Notes under the pieces: model-generated | Told to the model about the DNA's origin: nothing | The model's input: the letters and a program-made list of their open reading frames with translations, nothing else | The model's database searches: none | Shown here: positions 16,388 through 25,595 of the stretch, piece by piece | Layout: every line of letters starts with the position of its first letter | Numbering within the stretch: position 1 is the first letter of the stretch | Position numbers and translations under genes: made by a program | Origin: a virus | Taxonomy: Duplodnaviria; Caudoviricetes | Strand: one strand, 5' to 3' | Virus record (IMG/VR): IMGVR_UViG_3300048855_000185 | Location: 1 to 42,847 of that record | Length of the DNA: 42,847 bases

Positions 16388-18180
16388 TGGACGGCTCACT
16401 TCCTCTGGGCGGCGAGGCCTCGGCCGTCGCGCTCGGAGCGGGAGCGCCTGACGCGATCTGGCCGCTGCCCGCGTGGCTCGCCCAGGTCAATGACGATCCG
16501 ACCTATGAGTGGGCGCGGAACCGCTGGCGTCGGGCGGCCCAGGTCCCTGGCGCATGGTTCGACGCGGATCTCGCGGACTCGATCGTTGAGGCGTGGCCGA
16601 CCTATTTCAAACTGACGCAGGACCGCTTCGCCGGCCTGCCGTTCAAGCTGAACCTTTGGCAGGAGATCATTGTCCGCCTGATGGTGGGATGGCGGCGGCC
16701 GGATGAGCAGCTCGACGCGGCCACCCATGAACCGGTGATCTATCACGTCCGTGTCTTTCGCCGGCTCATGCTCTGGGTCCCTCGGAAGAACGGCAAGAGC
16801 GAGTTCCTCGCCGCTCTCGGCCTACTGTTCTTCATCGTGGACGGCGTGACGGACGGCGAGGGCTATTGCTTCGCCCGCGACGAGAACCAGGCGCGCATTG
16901 TTCTTCGCAAGATGAAGGCGATGATCGCGATGAACGCCGAGTGGTCCTCGGGCGTGCAGAGCTTCAAGCGCTCGTTCTACGTGGCCGCGCTGCTCTCGGG
17001 CTTCGAAATGCTGACCGGCGCCGAGGATGGCAAGCACGGCGCCTCGCCCACGGTCGTGGTCGGCGACGAGATGCACGAATGGCGCAGCCGCGTGATCGCC
17101 GAGACCTTGGAGGAGGGGACCGGGGCGAGGCTGGAACCGGTGTTCCTGTACGGCTCGACGGCCGGGCCGAAGGGCAACGCGGCCGGCGATGAGTGCTGGG
17201 ATGAGTCGACGGGGATCTTGGAGGGGCGGACCGACGACCCCTACACCCTGGTCTGCATCTTCGCCGCCGATCCCGAGGATGATCCGCTAGACGAGGCGAC
17301 CTGGCGCAAGGCCAACCCCTCGATCGGTCTTTCGCCGACCTGGTCGTACCTTCGAACCCAAGCTGCGAAGGCGAAGGACAACCCGCGCGCCCTGGCCCGG
17401 TTCTGCTGCTACCACCTCAACCTCTGGATCGACGCCGCCGTGCGTTGGTTCAACATCAAGAAGTGGGACGCCTGCGCCTCGGCGAAGGACGGCTGGAGCC
17501 ATTATTGGACGCCGGAGGGCCGGGAGCTGCTGCGCGGCCGACCCTGTTTCGGCGCTCTCGACGTATCATCTGGCGTCGATATCACGGCCCTGATCTGGAT
17601 CTTCCCGCCCTATGGCGACGACCCGAAGTGGCGCGTGCTCTGCCGCTTCTGGGTTCCCGAAGACACCCTCGCTCAACGGGTGTCGACCGACCGGGTCCCA
17701 TACGACAAGTTCTTAGCGGCCAAGGCGATCGAGACGACCCCCGGCGACTACGTCGACCAGAACTACGTCAAGCGCGCTATCGAGCAGGGCGTCGCCGAGT
17801 TCGACGTGGTGGAGATTGGCTTCGACCCTTGGAACGCCAGGAAGCTCTACACCGATCTCCTTGAGGACAATCCGCAGCTCGATGGACGCCTCGTTGAAAT
17901 GCGCCAAGGCATCCAGACCTTGGGCGAGCCCAGCAAGCACTTCGAGCGCCTCGTCTACGCGGGCCAGCTCGACCACGGCAATCATCCTGTCCTGCGCTGG
18001 ATGGCTCAGAACGTCGTCGTCCGGTTCGACGAGAACCTCAACTACATGCCGGCTCGCAAGCGCAGCCGCGAAAAGATCGACGGGATCGTCGCCAGCGTCA
18101 TGGCGGTCGGGCTCGCGACGAAAGGGCAGGGCGACGTGGATCTCGACGACTACCTCGAAAGCATGGGCTCCCCGTCATGA
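16387..18180 (+). CDS. terL: Terminase large subunit
   Basis: Walker A VPRKNGKS, Walker B VVGDEMHE, WRKANPS, GALDVS, FDPWNA, KIDGIVA. Confidence 0.96.
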   Translation: MDGSLPLGGEASAVALGAGAPDAIWPLPAWLAQVNDDPTYEWARNRWRRAAQVPGAWFDADLADSIVEAWPTYFKLTQDRFAGLPFKLNLWQEIIVRLMVGWRRPDEQLDAATHEPVIYHVRVFRRLMLWVPRKNGKSEFLAALGLLFFIVDGVTDGEGYCFARDENQARIVLRKMKAMIAMNAEWSSGVQSFKRSFYVAALLSGFEMLTGAEDGKHGASPTVVVGDEMHEWRSRVIAETLEEGTGARLEPVFLYGSTAGPKGNAAGDECWDESTGILEGRTDDPYTLVCIFAADPEDDPLDEATWRKANPSIGLSPTWSYLRTQAAKAKDNPRALARFCCYHLNLWIDAAVRWFNIKKWDACASAKDGWSHYWTPEGRELLRGRPCFGALDVSSGVDITALIWIFPPYGDDPKWRVLCRFWVPEDTLAQRVSTDRVPYDKFLAAKAIETTPGDYVDQNYVKRAIEQGVAEFDVVEIGFDPWNARKLYTDLLEDNPQLDGRLVEMRQGIQTLGEPSKHFERLVYAGQLDHGNHPVLRWMAQNVVVRFDENLNYMPARKRSREKIDGIVASVMAVGLATKGQGDVDLDDYLESMGSPS

Positions 18181-19406
18181 ACTGGCTGAAGAAGGCCACG
18201 GATTGGGTGCGGGTGCTTTCGATCCACGAGCCGCGGCATTGGCTCAGCGAGGATCAGATTGCGCCGTCGGGCGAGGCGGTCACCGAGCGCAGCGTGCTGG
18301 CGATCTCCGCTGCCTGGGCGTGCGTCAATCTGCTTGCCGGCACAATGGCGTCGCTGCCGCTGATGGTCTACCGGACGGACCGGAGCGGTGGGCGTACGGT
18401 CGCGAACGACCATCCGCTTTACCGGCTGCTGCACGACAGCCCGAACGCCGATCAGACCGCGCTCGACTTCTGGGAGTTCGGGTGCGTCAAGCTGGAGCTG
18501 CGTGGCGATATGCACGCCCGCATCACCCGCAGCGGGACGCGTATCGTCGCTCTCACGCCGATCGCGGCGGACGTCGCCGCGCGGCGCACGTCGTCGGGCG
18601 CCATCGCCTATAGCTGGACTGAGAACGGCCGCTCTTTCGTGGACGTGCCACAGGAAGAGATTTTCCACGTTCGCGGCTTCGGCGGCTCACCGCTCGGCGG
18701 GCTATCGACGCTGAGCTACGGGCGGAACGCTTTCGGTCTGGCGACCGCAATCGATAAGGCCTCGGGGGCCACCTTCCGCAATGGTCTGCGGCCCTTCGTC
18801 CAGTTCGTGTTTGAGAAGTTCCTGACGCCCGAGCAGCGGGCGACCGCCGAGGCCGGCATTCAGGCCAAGTACGTCGGCGCGGCGAACACCGGGAAGCCCT
18901 TCATCGCCGAAGGCGGCATGAAGCTTGAGGCGATCTCCATCACGCCCGCCGACGCGCAGATGCTGCAACAGCGTGGCATGTCGGTTGAGGACGTCTGCCG
19001 GTTCTTCGGCGTGCCGCCGTTCATGATCGGTCACACCGAGAAAACGACGAGCTGGGGAACGGGCCTGACCGAGCAGGTCATGGGCTTCCAGAAGTTCACG
19101 CTGCGTCGGCGCCTTCGCCGCATCGAGCAGGCGGCGATGAAGCAACTTCTCACGGCCGCTGATCGGGCGAACGGCATCGTCATCGAGTTCAACATCGAGG
19201 GCCTGCTGCGGGGCGATGGCGCCGCTCGCTCGGCCTTCTATGGCTCGGCTCTCAACAACGGGTGGATGACCATCAACGAGGTCCGCGCCTTCGAGAATCT
19301 ACCGCCCGTCGCTGGCGGCGAAGTGCCGCGCATGCAGATCCAGAACGTTCCCATCACGCAGGCCGGCCAGGTGCAGACCGTGGCCGCCCCGGCGCCCCCC
19401 ACCTAG
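18177..19406 (+). CDS. Portal protein, HK97 family
   Basis: AWACVNLLAGTMASLPL, HPLYRLLHDSPN, CRFFGVPPFMIG, GWMTINEVRAFENLPP. Confidence 0.96.
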   Translation: MNWLKKATDWVRVLSIHEPRHWLSEDQIAPSGEAVTERSVLAISAAWACVNLLAGTMASLPLMVYRTDRSGGRTVANDHPLYRLLHDSPNADQTALDFWEFGCVKLELRGDMHARITRSGTRIVALTPIAADVAARRTSSGAIAYSWTENGRSFVDVPQEEIFHVRGFGGSPLGGLSTLSYGRNAFGLATAIDKASGATFRNGLRPFVQFVFEKFLTPEQRATAEAGIQAKYVGAANTGKPFIAEGGMKLEAISITPADAQMLQQRGMSVEDVCRFFGVPPFMIGHTEKTTSWGTGLTEQVMGFQKFTLRRRLRRIEQAAMKQLLTAADRANGIVIEFNIEGLLRGDGAARSAFYGSALNNGWMTINEVRAFENLPPVAGGEVPRMQIQNVPITQAGQVQTVAAPAPPT

Positions 19407-19415
19407 GAGGCCTCC

Positions 19416-20051
19416 TTGCTCACCAAAGCCTTTGCCCTCGACCTCAAGGAGGTCGGGGAGGACGGATCGTTCACGGGCTACGGCTCGATGTTCGGCAACG
19501 CCGACAGCTACGGCGAGATCGTGGAGCCCGGCGCCTTCGCCGCCAGCCTCAAGGCCCACGCTCGCGCGAAGACGATGCCGCTGATGCTTTGGCAGCACGA
19601 CACCGAACGCCCGATCGGCATCTGGGAAGAGATGGAGGAGGACAATAAGGGCCTCCGCTGCGTCGGCCGTTTGCTGCTTGGAATTCGCCAAGCTGACGAG
19701 GCGCACATCATGCTCAAGGCCGGCGCGATCCGTGGTCTCTCCATCGGGTACCGCGAGCTGGCGGCCGAGCCTGACGGAAACAATCGTCGGCTCAAAAAGC
19801 TCGACCTGCGCGAGGTGAGCATCGTGTCGTTCCCGGCGAACGACAAGGCCACCATCCAGTCGGTCAAATCCATCCTGGCCGAAGGCGAGCTGCCTACGGT
19901 CCGCCAATTCGAAGAGCACCTGCGGGACGCAGGATTCTCGAAGAGCCTTGCCGCCGCCATCGCGAGCAAGGCGACGCCGCATCTTCGGGGGGAGCCCGAG
20001 GCCCAGGCGGATGACGCGATGGCGTTCCTTCAAGCGCTGCGCGGTCGCTGA
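19416..20051 (+). CDS. Prohead maturation protease, HK97 family
   Basis: GYGSMFG, MLWQHD...PIG, GLSIGY, EVSIVSFPAN; TTG start after GGAGG. Confidence 0.95.
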   Translation: MLTKAFALDLKEVGEDGSFTGYGSMFGNADSYGEIVEPGAFAASLKAHARAKTMPLMLWQHDTERPIGIWEEMEEDNKGLRCVGRLLLGIRQADEAHIMLKAGAIRGLSIGYRELAAEPDGNNRRLKKLDLREVSIVSFPANDKATIQSVKSILAEGELPTVRQFEEHLRDAGFSKSLAAAIASKATPHLRGEPEAQADDAMAFLQALRGR

Positions 20052-20087
20052 CCACTTTCGTCCTCATTGCCTGGAAAGGGCTCAACC

Positions 20088-21416
20088 ATGAACACCATTC
20101 GCCACACCCTGGCGGCTGTCGCCATCGTTTCGGCCAGTCGCGCTATGTTCGCCGGCTCTGCATCGGCGGGCTTGATGATCCGCGGTCCCATGATCACGTT
20201 CGGCCCGGACGACGATCAGGGCCAAAAGTCCGTCGCCGACCTGGCCAAGGACATTAAGGCCGAACATCAGAAGGCCTTTGACAAGGTGAAGGAGATCGCC
20301 GAGCAGGCGGTCGCCGAAGCCAAGTCGTCGGGCGAGCTGGCCACCAAAACCAAGGAAACCGCCGACGAGGCGCTCCTGAAGATGAACGGCCTCGGCGAGC
20401 AGTTCGCCGAGCTGGAGCAGAAGCTGGCGCGAGAGCCCTCCGGCGAGGCCTCGCGAGTCAAGTCGCTGGGCGAGCAGTTCGTTGAAAACGAGAAGGTCAA
20501 GGCGTTCCTTGAGCAAGCCACGCCTCGGGGCCGCGTCGATTTCCAGGCAAAGGCGACGCTCACCTCGGCCACGACGGACACGGCGGGGGCGGTTGGTGAC
20601 GCGATTCGCCCGACTCGGCTTGCCGGCATTCTGGAGCTGCCTCGCCGTCGCATGACCGTTCGTGATCTGATCACGCCGGGCCAAATGGACGGCAACGCGC
20701 TCGAGTACGTCCAAGAGACCGGCTTCACCAATGGCGCCGGCATGGTCGCGGAGGGCGCGGCCAAGCCGGGGTCGGACATCAAGCTCGATCTGAAGAGCAC
20801 GACGGCCAAGGTGATCGCGCACTGGATGAAGGCCTCGCGCCAAGTCTTGAGCGATATCCCCCAACTGCGATCGATGATCGACGGCCGACTGCTCTACGGC
20901 CTCGACTTCAAGGAAGAGACGCAGTTGCTCAACGGCGATGGGACCGGCCAGAACCTGTTCGGCATCATCCCGCAGGCGAGCGCCTACGCCGCGCCGATCG
21001 CCCTGACCTCGCCGACGAGTATCGACATGATGCGCCTCGCCATGTTGCAGGCGGTCCTGGCGGAGTATCCGGCGACGGGTCACGTCATGAACCCGATCGA
21101 CTGGGCGTGGATCGAAACGCTGAAGGATGGCGAAGGCCGCTACATCATCGGCAATCCACAGGGCCAGATCACGCCGACCCTGTGGGGCCTCCCGGTCGTC
21201 CAGACGCAGGCCATCTCGGTCGACAAGTTCCTGACCGGCGCCTTCAAGCTCGGCGCCCAGGTCTTCGACCGTTGGCAGGCTCGCGTCGAAGTGGCGACCG
21301 AGAACGAGGACGATTTCATCAAGAACCTGGTGACGATCCTCGCGGAGGAGCGCCTGGCGCTCGCCGTCTACCGGCCCGAAGCCTTCGTCTACGGCGACTT
21401 CGGCCGCATCACCTAA
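20088..21416 (+). CDS. Major capsid protein, HK97 family
   Basis: Coiled delta domain, AEGAAKP, QLLNGDGTG, GRYIIGNP, AEERLALAVYRPEAF. Confidence 0.96.
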   Translation: MNTIRHTLAAVAIVSASRAMFAGSASAGLMIRGPMITFGPDDDQGQKSVADLAKDIKAEHQKAFDKVKEIAEQAVAEAKSSGELATKTKETADEALLKMNGLGEQFAELEQKLAREPSGEASRVKSLGEQFVENEKVKAFLEQATPRGRVDFQAKATLTSATTDTAGAVGDAIRPTRLAGILELPRRRMTVRDLITPGQMDGNALEYVQETGFTNGAGMVAEGAAKPGSDIKLDLKSTTAKVIAHWMKASRQVLSDIPQLRSMIDGRLLYGLDFKEETQLLNGDGTGQNLFGIIPQASAYAAPIALTSPTSIDMMRLAMLQAVLAEYPATGHVMNPIDWAWIETLKDGEGRYIIGNPQGQITPTLWGLPVVQTQAISVDKFLTGAFKLGAQVFDRWQARVEVATENEDDFIKNLVTILAEERLALAVYRPEAFVYGDFGRIT

Positions 21417-21430
21417 GCACGCCTTGCAGC

Positions 21431-21458
21431 GGGGGCGGCGAAGGCCGCTCCCCATTTT
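21431..21458 (+). terminator. Hairpin/terminator after the capsid gene
   Basis: GGGGGCGGC-GAAG-GCCGCTCCC followed by CATTTT. Confidence 0.45.
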
Positions 21459-21471
21459 AGGGAGGCCCCCC

Positions 21472-21654
21472 ATGGCCAAATACGAGGTCCTGCGCGAGAT
21501 GCAGGGCGATAAGGACTACAAGCCCGGCGACACCCGCGAACTCTCTGAGGGAGACGCGAAGCACCTGGTCGATTGCGGCGTGTTGCGGAAGGTCTCGACC
21601 AAGGCAGCGCCGCGCCTCAAGAACAAGGCCGACCGGCCACCCGAGAACAAGTAG
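21472..21654 (+). CDS. Small head-associated protein
   Basis: 60 aa, MAKYEVLREMQGDKDYKPGDTREL...; GGAGG RBS; typical post-capsid position. Confidence 0.7.
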   Translation: MAKYEVLREMQGDKDYKPGDTRELSEGDAKHLVDCGVLRKVSTKAAPRLKNKADRPPENK

Positions 21655-21657
21655 GCC

Positions 21658-22248
21658 ATGACGGTCGTTGTCCTCACGCCGCCGCCGCCGATTGTCGATC
21701 TGGCCAAGGCGAAGACGCATCTGCGCATTGACCACAACGATGAAGATGGCCTCGTTGCGGCCTATCTGGCGGCGGCTGTGGGGCACATCGACGGCCCCCA
21801 GGGCTGGCTTGGCCGCTGCATTGGCCCCCAGAGCCTGGAGCTTCGGCGGGCCAGCTTCGGCGCCGGCCCCATCGCCCTCTATGGGCCGGTGATCGACGTG
21901 GAGGAAGTGCAGTACGCCGACCCGGATGGGGCGTCCCAGACGCTGGATCTCGCGTCGCTCACCCTATCGGGCGATTGGCTCTTTCCTGCCTATGGCGAGA
22001 GCTGGCCGATCACTCGCGATCACCCTGGTTCAGTCGCGATTCGCTATCGGGCCGGTTACGCCGCGCGGCCCCTTGGCGACCCGCTTGCGCCGGCCATCCC
22101 TCACCCGATCATCGCCGCCGTCCTCTTGATGACCGGCGACCTCTATTCCCATCGTGAAACCAGCGTCGTCGGCGCTGTGTCGGCCGAAGTTAAGATGTCA
22201 ACGACCGTTGCGAACCTGCTCGCACCCTTCCGGGTCTGGTCGTTCTAG
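21658..22248 (+). CDS. Head-tail connector (gp6-like)
   Basis: LAKAKTHLRIDHNDED...AVLLMTGDLYSHRE...LLAPFRV. Confidence 0.9.
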   Translation: MTVVVLTPPPPIVDLAKAKTHLRIDHNDEDGLVAAYLAAAVGHIDGPQGWLGRCIGPQSLELRRASFGAGPIALYGPVIDVEEVQYADPDGASQTLDLASLTLSGDWLFPAYGESWPITRDHPGSVAIRYRAGYAARPLGDPLAPAIPHPIIAAVLLMTGDLYSHRETSVVGAVSAEVKMSTTVANLLAPFRVWSF

Positions 22249-22259
22249 GCCAGCACCCC

Positions 22260-22274
22260 GCGAACCCGGTTCGC
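22260..22274. repeat. Dispersed palindrome copy 5, GCGAACCCGGTTCGC (intergenic)
   Basis: Matches CGAAC-N3-GTTCG. Confidence 0.8.
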
Positions 22275-22312
22275 CGGTCCCCCGAAAATCTAACCTGAAG
22301 GACACCGTCATC

Positions 22313-22822
22313 ATGAACGGTCTGAACCTTGCTGTGCTCGCCCAGGTCGTCGGCAACCTCGACGCGCCAGGTGACCTGATCAACATCGTCGGCAAAGTCG
22401 AAAGCGGCGGCCGGCTGGACTACAAGACCGGCGTCGGCGCCGGCCAGGCCAACCTCATGTTCGCCGATCGCCGCACCCTGGCCGCGTCCGCTAATGAGGA
22501 TCTCGACCTGGTCGGGAGCCTCCTCGACCCGTTCGGCGCGGTGCTCAACTTCGCCCGCGTCAAGGCCATCATCATCGTCGCGGCTGCGGCCAACACCAAC
22601 AAGATCGTCGTTGGCGGTGCAGCGGCCAACGCCTTCGTCGGTCCGTTCGGCGGCGCGACGGAAAAGCTCAGTATCGATCCGGGCGGCATGCTGGTGCTGG
22701 CGACCCGCACCGCCGCCGGCTGGCCGGTGACTGCCGCCACGGCGGACCTGCTGCGCATCGCCAACAGCGCCGCCGGCTCTCCCGTCACGTACGAGATCAT
22801 CATCGTCGGCGCCGACGCCTAG
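22313..22822 (+). CDS. Putative virion structural/decoration protein
   Basis: 169-aa beta-rich ORF inserted between the connector and head-closure genes. Confidence 0.65.
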   Translation: MNGLNLAVLAQVVGNLDAPGDLINIVGKVESGGRLDYKTGVGAGQANLMFADRRTLAASANEDLDLVGSLLDPFGAVLNFARVKAIIIVAAAANTNKIVVGGAAANAFVGPFGGATEKLSIDPGGMLVLATRTAAGWPVTAATADLLRIANSAAGSPVTYEIIIVGADA

Positions 22823-22826
22823 TGCC

Positions 22827-23180
22827 ATGAAAGCTGGAGATCTCGATCGGCGCGTCACCTTCCTGCGGGCGACGACTGCGCCCAATGATCTGAACGAGTT
22901 GATCGAGACCTGGGCGCCGCTCGCGACTGTCTGGGCCGGGGTTACACCCGCCAGCGATGGTGAGCGGCTCCGCGCTCAGCAGGTCGGCGCCTACATCACC
23001 GCCCGGTTCCTGATCCGGTACTCGGCGCTGGCGGCCACCATCACCGCCCAGGACCGCATCCTCTACGAAGGACGCACGTACGGGATCAGCGGCAAGAAAG
23101 AGATCGGCCGCCGCGAAGGTTTCGAGGTCACCGCCGCCGGAGAGGCCGACGCCACCGAAGAGCCCGAGGCTGAGCCATGA
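22827..23180 (+). CDS. Head closure / head-tail adaptor (SPP1 gp16-like)
   Basis: MKAGDLDRRVTF...W..LATVWA...FLIRY...DRI.YEGRTY. Confidence 0.9.
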   Translation: MKAGDLDRRVTFLRATTAPNDLNELIETWAPLATVWAGVTPASDGERLRAQQVGAYITARFLIRYSALAATITAQDRILYEGRTYGISGKKEIGRREGFEVTAAGEADATEEPEAEP

Positions 23181-23617
23181 AGGGGCGGCCGGGCACGTTC
23201 AAGGTCGAAGGCTTCAAGGAGCTGGACAAGGCCCTGGAAGAACTGCCGCCGGCGGCGGCCAAGGGCGTCCTGCGGCGCGCCGGCCGAGCCGGACTTGGGC
23301 CGATGGATGCGGCTTGGCGCAGGCGAGCGCCACACGACGACTGGGATCTAGAGCAAAGCGGCGGGGTCGGCTCCAACATCAATCGGCGAGGCTATCGGCG
23401 CGAGTCCGACGTCGAGGTGTTCGCCGGACCCGGCAACAATCCGCAGGCCGTTCAGCAAGAGTTCGGCAACCGGAACCACCCGCCGCAGCCCTTTATGCGC
23501 CCGGCCTGGGAAGAGACCCGCGAGCCTGCGCTCGAAATCGTCAAGGACGAGCTGGCCGTCGAGATCGACAAGGCCGCCGGCCGCGCCCGCCGCAAGGCCC
23601 TGAAGGCGAAAAGGTGA
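23177..23617 (+). CDS. HK97 gp10-family tail completion protein
   Basis: VEGFKELDKALEEL...QEFGNRNHPPQPFMRPAW. Confidence 0.88.
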   Translation: MKGRPGTFKVEGFKELDKALEELPPAAAKGVLRRAGRAGLGPMDAAWRRRAPHDDWDLEQSGGVGSNINRRGYRRESDVEVFAGPGNNPQAVQQEFGNRNHPPQPFMRPAWEETREPALEIVKDELAVEIDKAAGRARRKALKAKR

Positions 23618-23620
23618 TCC

Positions 23621-24019
23621 GTGCAAAGAGACCTGACGGCCGCGTTGAATGCGGCCCCGGAGGTCGCCGAGCTGGTTGAGCGGCGACTGTTCTGGAAGCG
23701 CCGGCCGCAGGGCTCACCGCTTCCGGCCGTCGTCATGCACCGGGTGCACGGCCAGCCTCAATACACCCTCGAAGGTCGGTCCGGCCTGACGCCGTACATC
23801 GTGCAGTTCGATTGCCGCGCCAAAACTTACAGCGAAGCCCTGGCGCTCTCCGAGGCGGTCATCACCGCGCTCGGCCGACTGACCAGATCGCCCTTCCATG
23901 GCGCCTTCCTCCGCGACCTTCGCGACGACACCGACACCGATGACGGGCCGCAAGCGTCGCCCGTCGCCGACGATTTCCTCGTCAGCCTGGACGCCCAGGT
24001 CTGGCACTTCAAAGCCTAA
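23621..24019 (+). CDS. Tail terminator (DUF3168-like)
   Basis: RPQGSPLPAVV...VQFDCRAKTY; position just before the tail tube gene. Confidence 0.8.
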   Translation: MQRDLTAALNAAPEVAELVERRLFWKRRPQGSPLPAVVMHRVHGQPQYTLEGRSGLTPYIVQFDCRAKTYSEALALSEAVITALGRLTRSPFHGAFLRDLRDDTDTDDGPQASPVADDFLVSLDAQVWHFKA

Positions 24020-24030
24020 AGGAGGCAGCT

Positions 24031-24447
24031 ATGACCGACGCCACAACCGGCTACGGCACGAAAGTCCATGTCAGCGCCGACGGGGGTGCGACTTGGACAA
24101 AGCTCAACGAACTTCGGGGCGTCACCCCGCCGAACGAGAGCGTGGACGAGCCGGAAGCGACCCACCTCGAAAGCCCGAACAACACCAAAGAGTTCGTGCA
24201 GGGGATGATCGACCCCGGCGACATGTCGATGACCATGAACCACATCGAGGGTTCGGAAACCGACGACTACATCGCCGATTGGCGTGGCGTGGGCGACACG
24301 CGCCAGGTGCGGATCACCTTCCGCAACCTGCGCACCCGGACGTTCCCCGCGTTCGTGAAGGGCTACGTGCCCGATGAAATTCAGCCCGGCGAAGTCCAAA
24401 CCGCCACCCTGACGCTGCGCGTCGCCGGCGCGATCGTTCGCGCCTAA
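24031..24447 (+). CDS. Tail tube (major tail) protein
   Basis: GYGT...TPPNESVDEPEATHLESP...EFVQGMIDPG...TLTLRVAG. Confidence 0.88.
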   Translation: MTDATTGYGTKVHVSADGGATWTKLNELRGVTPPNESVDEPEATHLESPNNTKEFVQGMIDPGDMSMTMNHIEGSETDDYIADWRGVGDTRQVRITFRNLRTRTFPAFVKGYVPDEIQPGEVQTATLTLRVAGAIVRA

Positions 24448-24458
24448 CCGGAACTTCC

Positions 24459-24857
24459 ATGACTAATCCGATGAAAGGTGAGGTCTCCCTCCAAGATGGA
24501 GAGGAGACCTACAAGCTGGTCTATGACGTCAACGCGCTCTGCGCGATGGAGGACAAGCTCGATCGAAGCGTGATCGAGGTCATGACCACGATCAACGGCT
24601 CCCCCCGCCTGGGCGTCGTTCGTGCGCTGTTGTGGGCTGGCTTGCGCCGACACCATGAAGACGTGACCCTCGAAGCCGCCGGCGACATGGTCATGAGCGT
24701 GGGCATGGTCGACGTTCTCAACGTCGTCATGATCGGGTTCAAGTCCGCGTTCCCGAAAGCTGCGGAGGGTGACGAGGGGGACGGCGCCGTCCGCCCTCCG
24801 AAGCCGGCGGCGAGGGCTGGGACTGGATCGAACTCCTCCGAACCTGGCACGAGCTAG
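24459..24857 (+). CDS. Tail assembly chaperone (gpG-like)
   Basis: MTNPMKGEV...YDVNALCAMEDKL...RALLWAGL; lies between the tube and tape measure genes. Confidence 0.8.
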   Translation: MTNPMKGEVSLQDGEETYKLVYDVNALCAMEDKLDRSVIEVMTTINGSPRLGVVRALLWAGLRRHHEDVTLEAAGDMVMSVGMVDVLNVVMIGFKSAFPKAAEGDEGDGAVRPPKPAARAGTGSNSSEPGTS

Positions 24858-25153
24858 AACTCGGAACGACGGACGAGTATTGGCGGCAGACCCCTTACCT
24901 TCTTCAGATCGCGATCGAAGGGAAGGCGAGGGCTCGCCGCCGCCGGGCTCGGGATCAGCGCGAGTTGGCCTGGCAGATTGCCCGGCTTCCTCGTCTCAAG
25001 CACTTCCCGAGCTATGCGCAGTTCGTAGGGACTGACGGCGATAAGCCGCCAGTCCCGGAGCAAACCGAAGAGCAGATGGAGGCGGTCTTTGACCGCTGGT
25101 ATCTGATCATGCGGTCGGCCGACGCTCAGCGCGGCGCGCTCACCGGTGTATAA
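24773..25153 (+). CDS. gpT-like chaperone extension, probably expressed by -1 frameshift from the gpG-like ORF
   Basis: The -1 frame is open from after TGA 24770-24772 to 25153: ...WDWIELLRTW...EYWRQTPY...LAWQIARL..., with no good start of its own upstream of WDW. Confidence 0.65.
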   Translation, partial: RGGRRRPPSEAGGEGWDWIELLRTWHELELGTTDEYWRQTPYLLQIAIEGKARARRRRARDQRELAWQIARLPRLKHFPSYAQFVGTDGDKPPVPEQTEEQMEAVFDRWYLIMRSADAQRGALTGV

Positions 25154-25547
25154 GATCCGCGGAGTAGTCGCGGGTGTCTTGAGTGCCGCTCCCGCCGCTG
25201 CACATGGCGTCCACCATGATGTCATCGGCGGGGCGGACATTCACACTCGGATCGTCCGCGCCGACGGCTGCGAATTCCTTCCAGCCCGAAAAAGCACCCA
25301 TCCGGTTCTTGCCGTTCACGTATCCGCAAAACAGGATCGAAGCTCCAATAGGAGCTTGAATTGCCCTGACGTCCCGGAAGCGGGCTGAGGGGTAATCCAG
25401 CATTTCGCGGTTGAACTGGCCGCGCACTGCCTTTGCGGCAGCAACCGCGTTCTTCGTCATCGCCGGCGTGAACGCCGAGATCCGCACTTCGGCGCTGGCG
25501 CAGCTCGCCGCCGCCAAGAACCCCAACACCAACAGCACTGCTCTCAT
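25140..25547 (-). CDS. Moron: exported/lipoprotein-like protein
   Basis: Signal peptide MRAVLLVLGFLAAASC; SARFRDV...CGYVNGKNRMGAFSG motif; GGGAGG RBS; antisense to the tail operon. Confidence 0.75.
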   Translation of the reverse strand: MRAVLLVLGFLAAASCASAEVRISAFTPAMTKNAVAAAKAVRGQFNREMLDYPSARFRDVRAIQAPIGASILFCGYVNGKNRMGAFSGWKEFAAVGADDPSVNVRPADDIMVDAMCSGGSGTQDTRDYSADLIHR

Positions 25548-25595
25548 GGTCGCCTCCCCGCGCACATGAGTCGGTCTTCTAGCACGGGAGACGCC

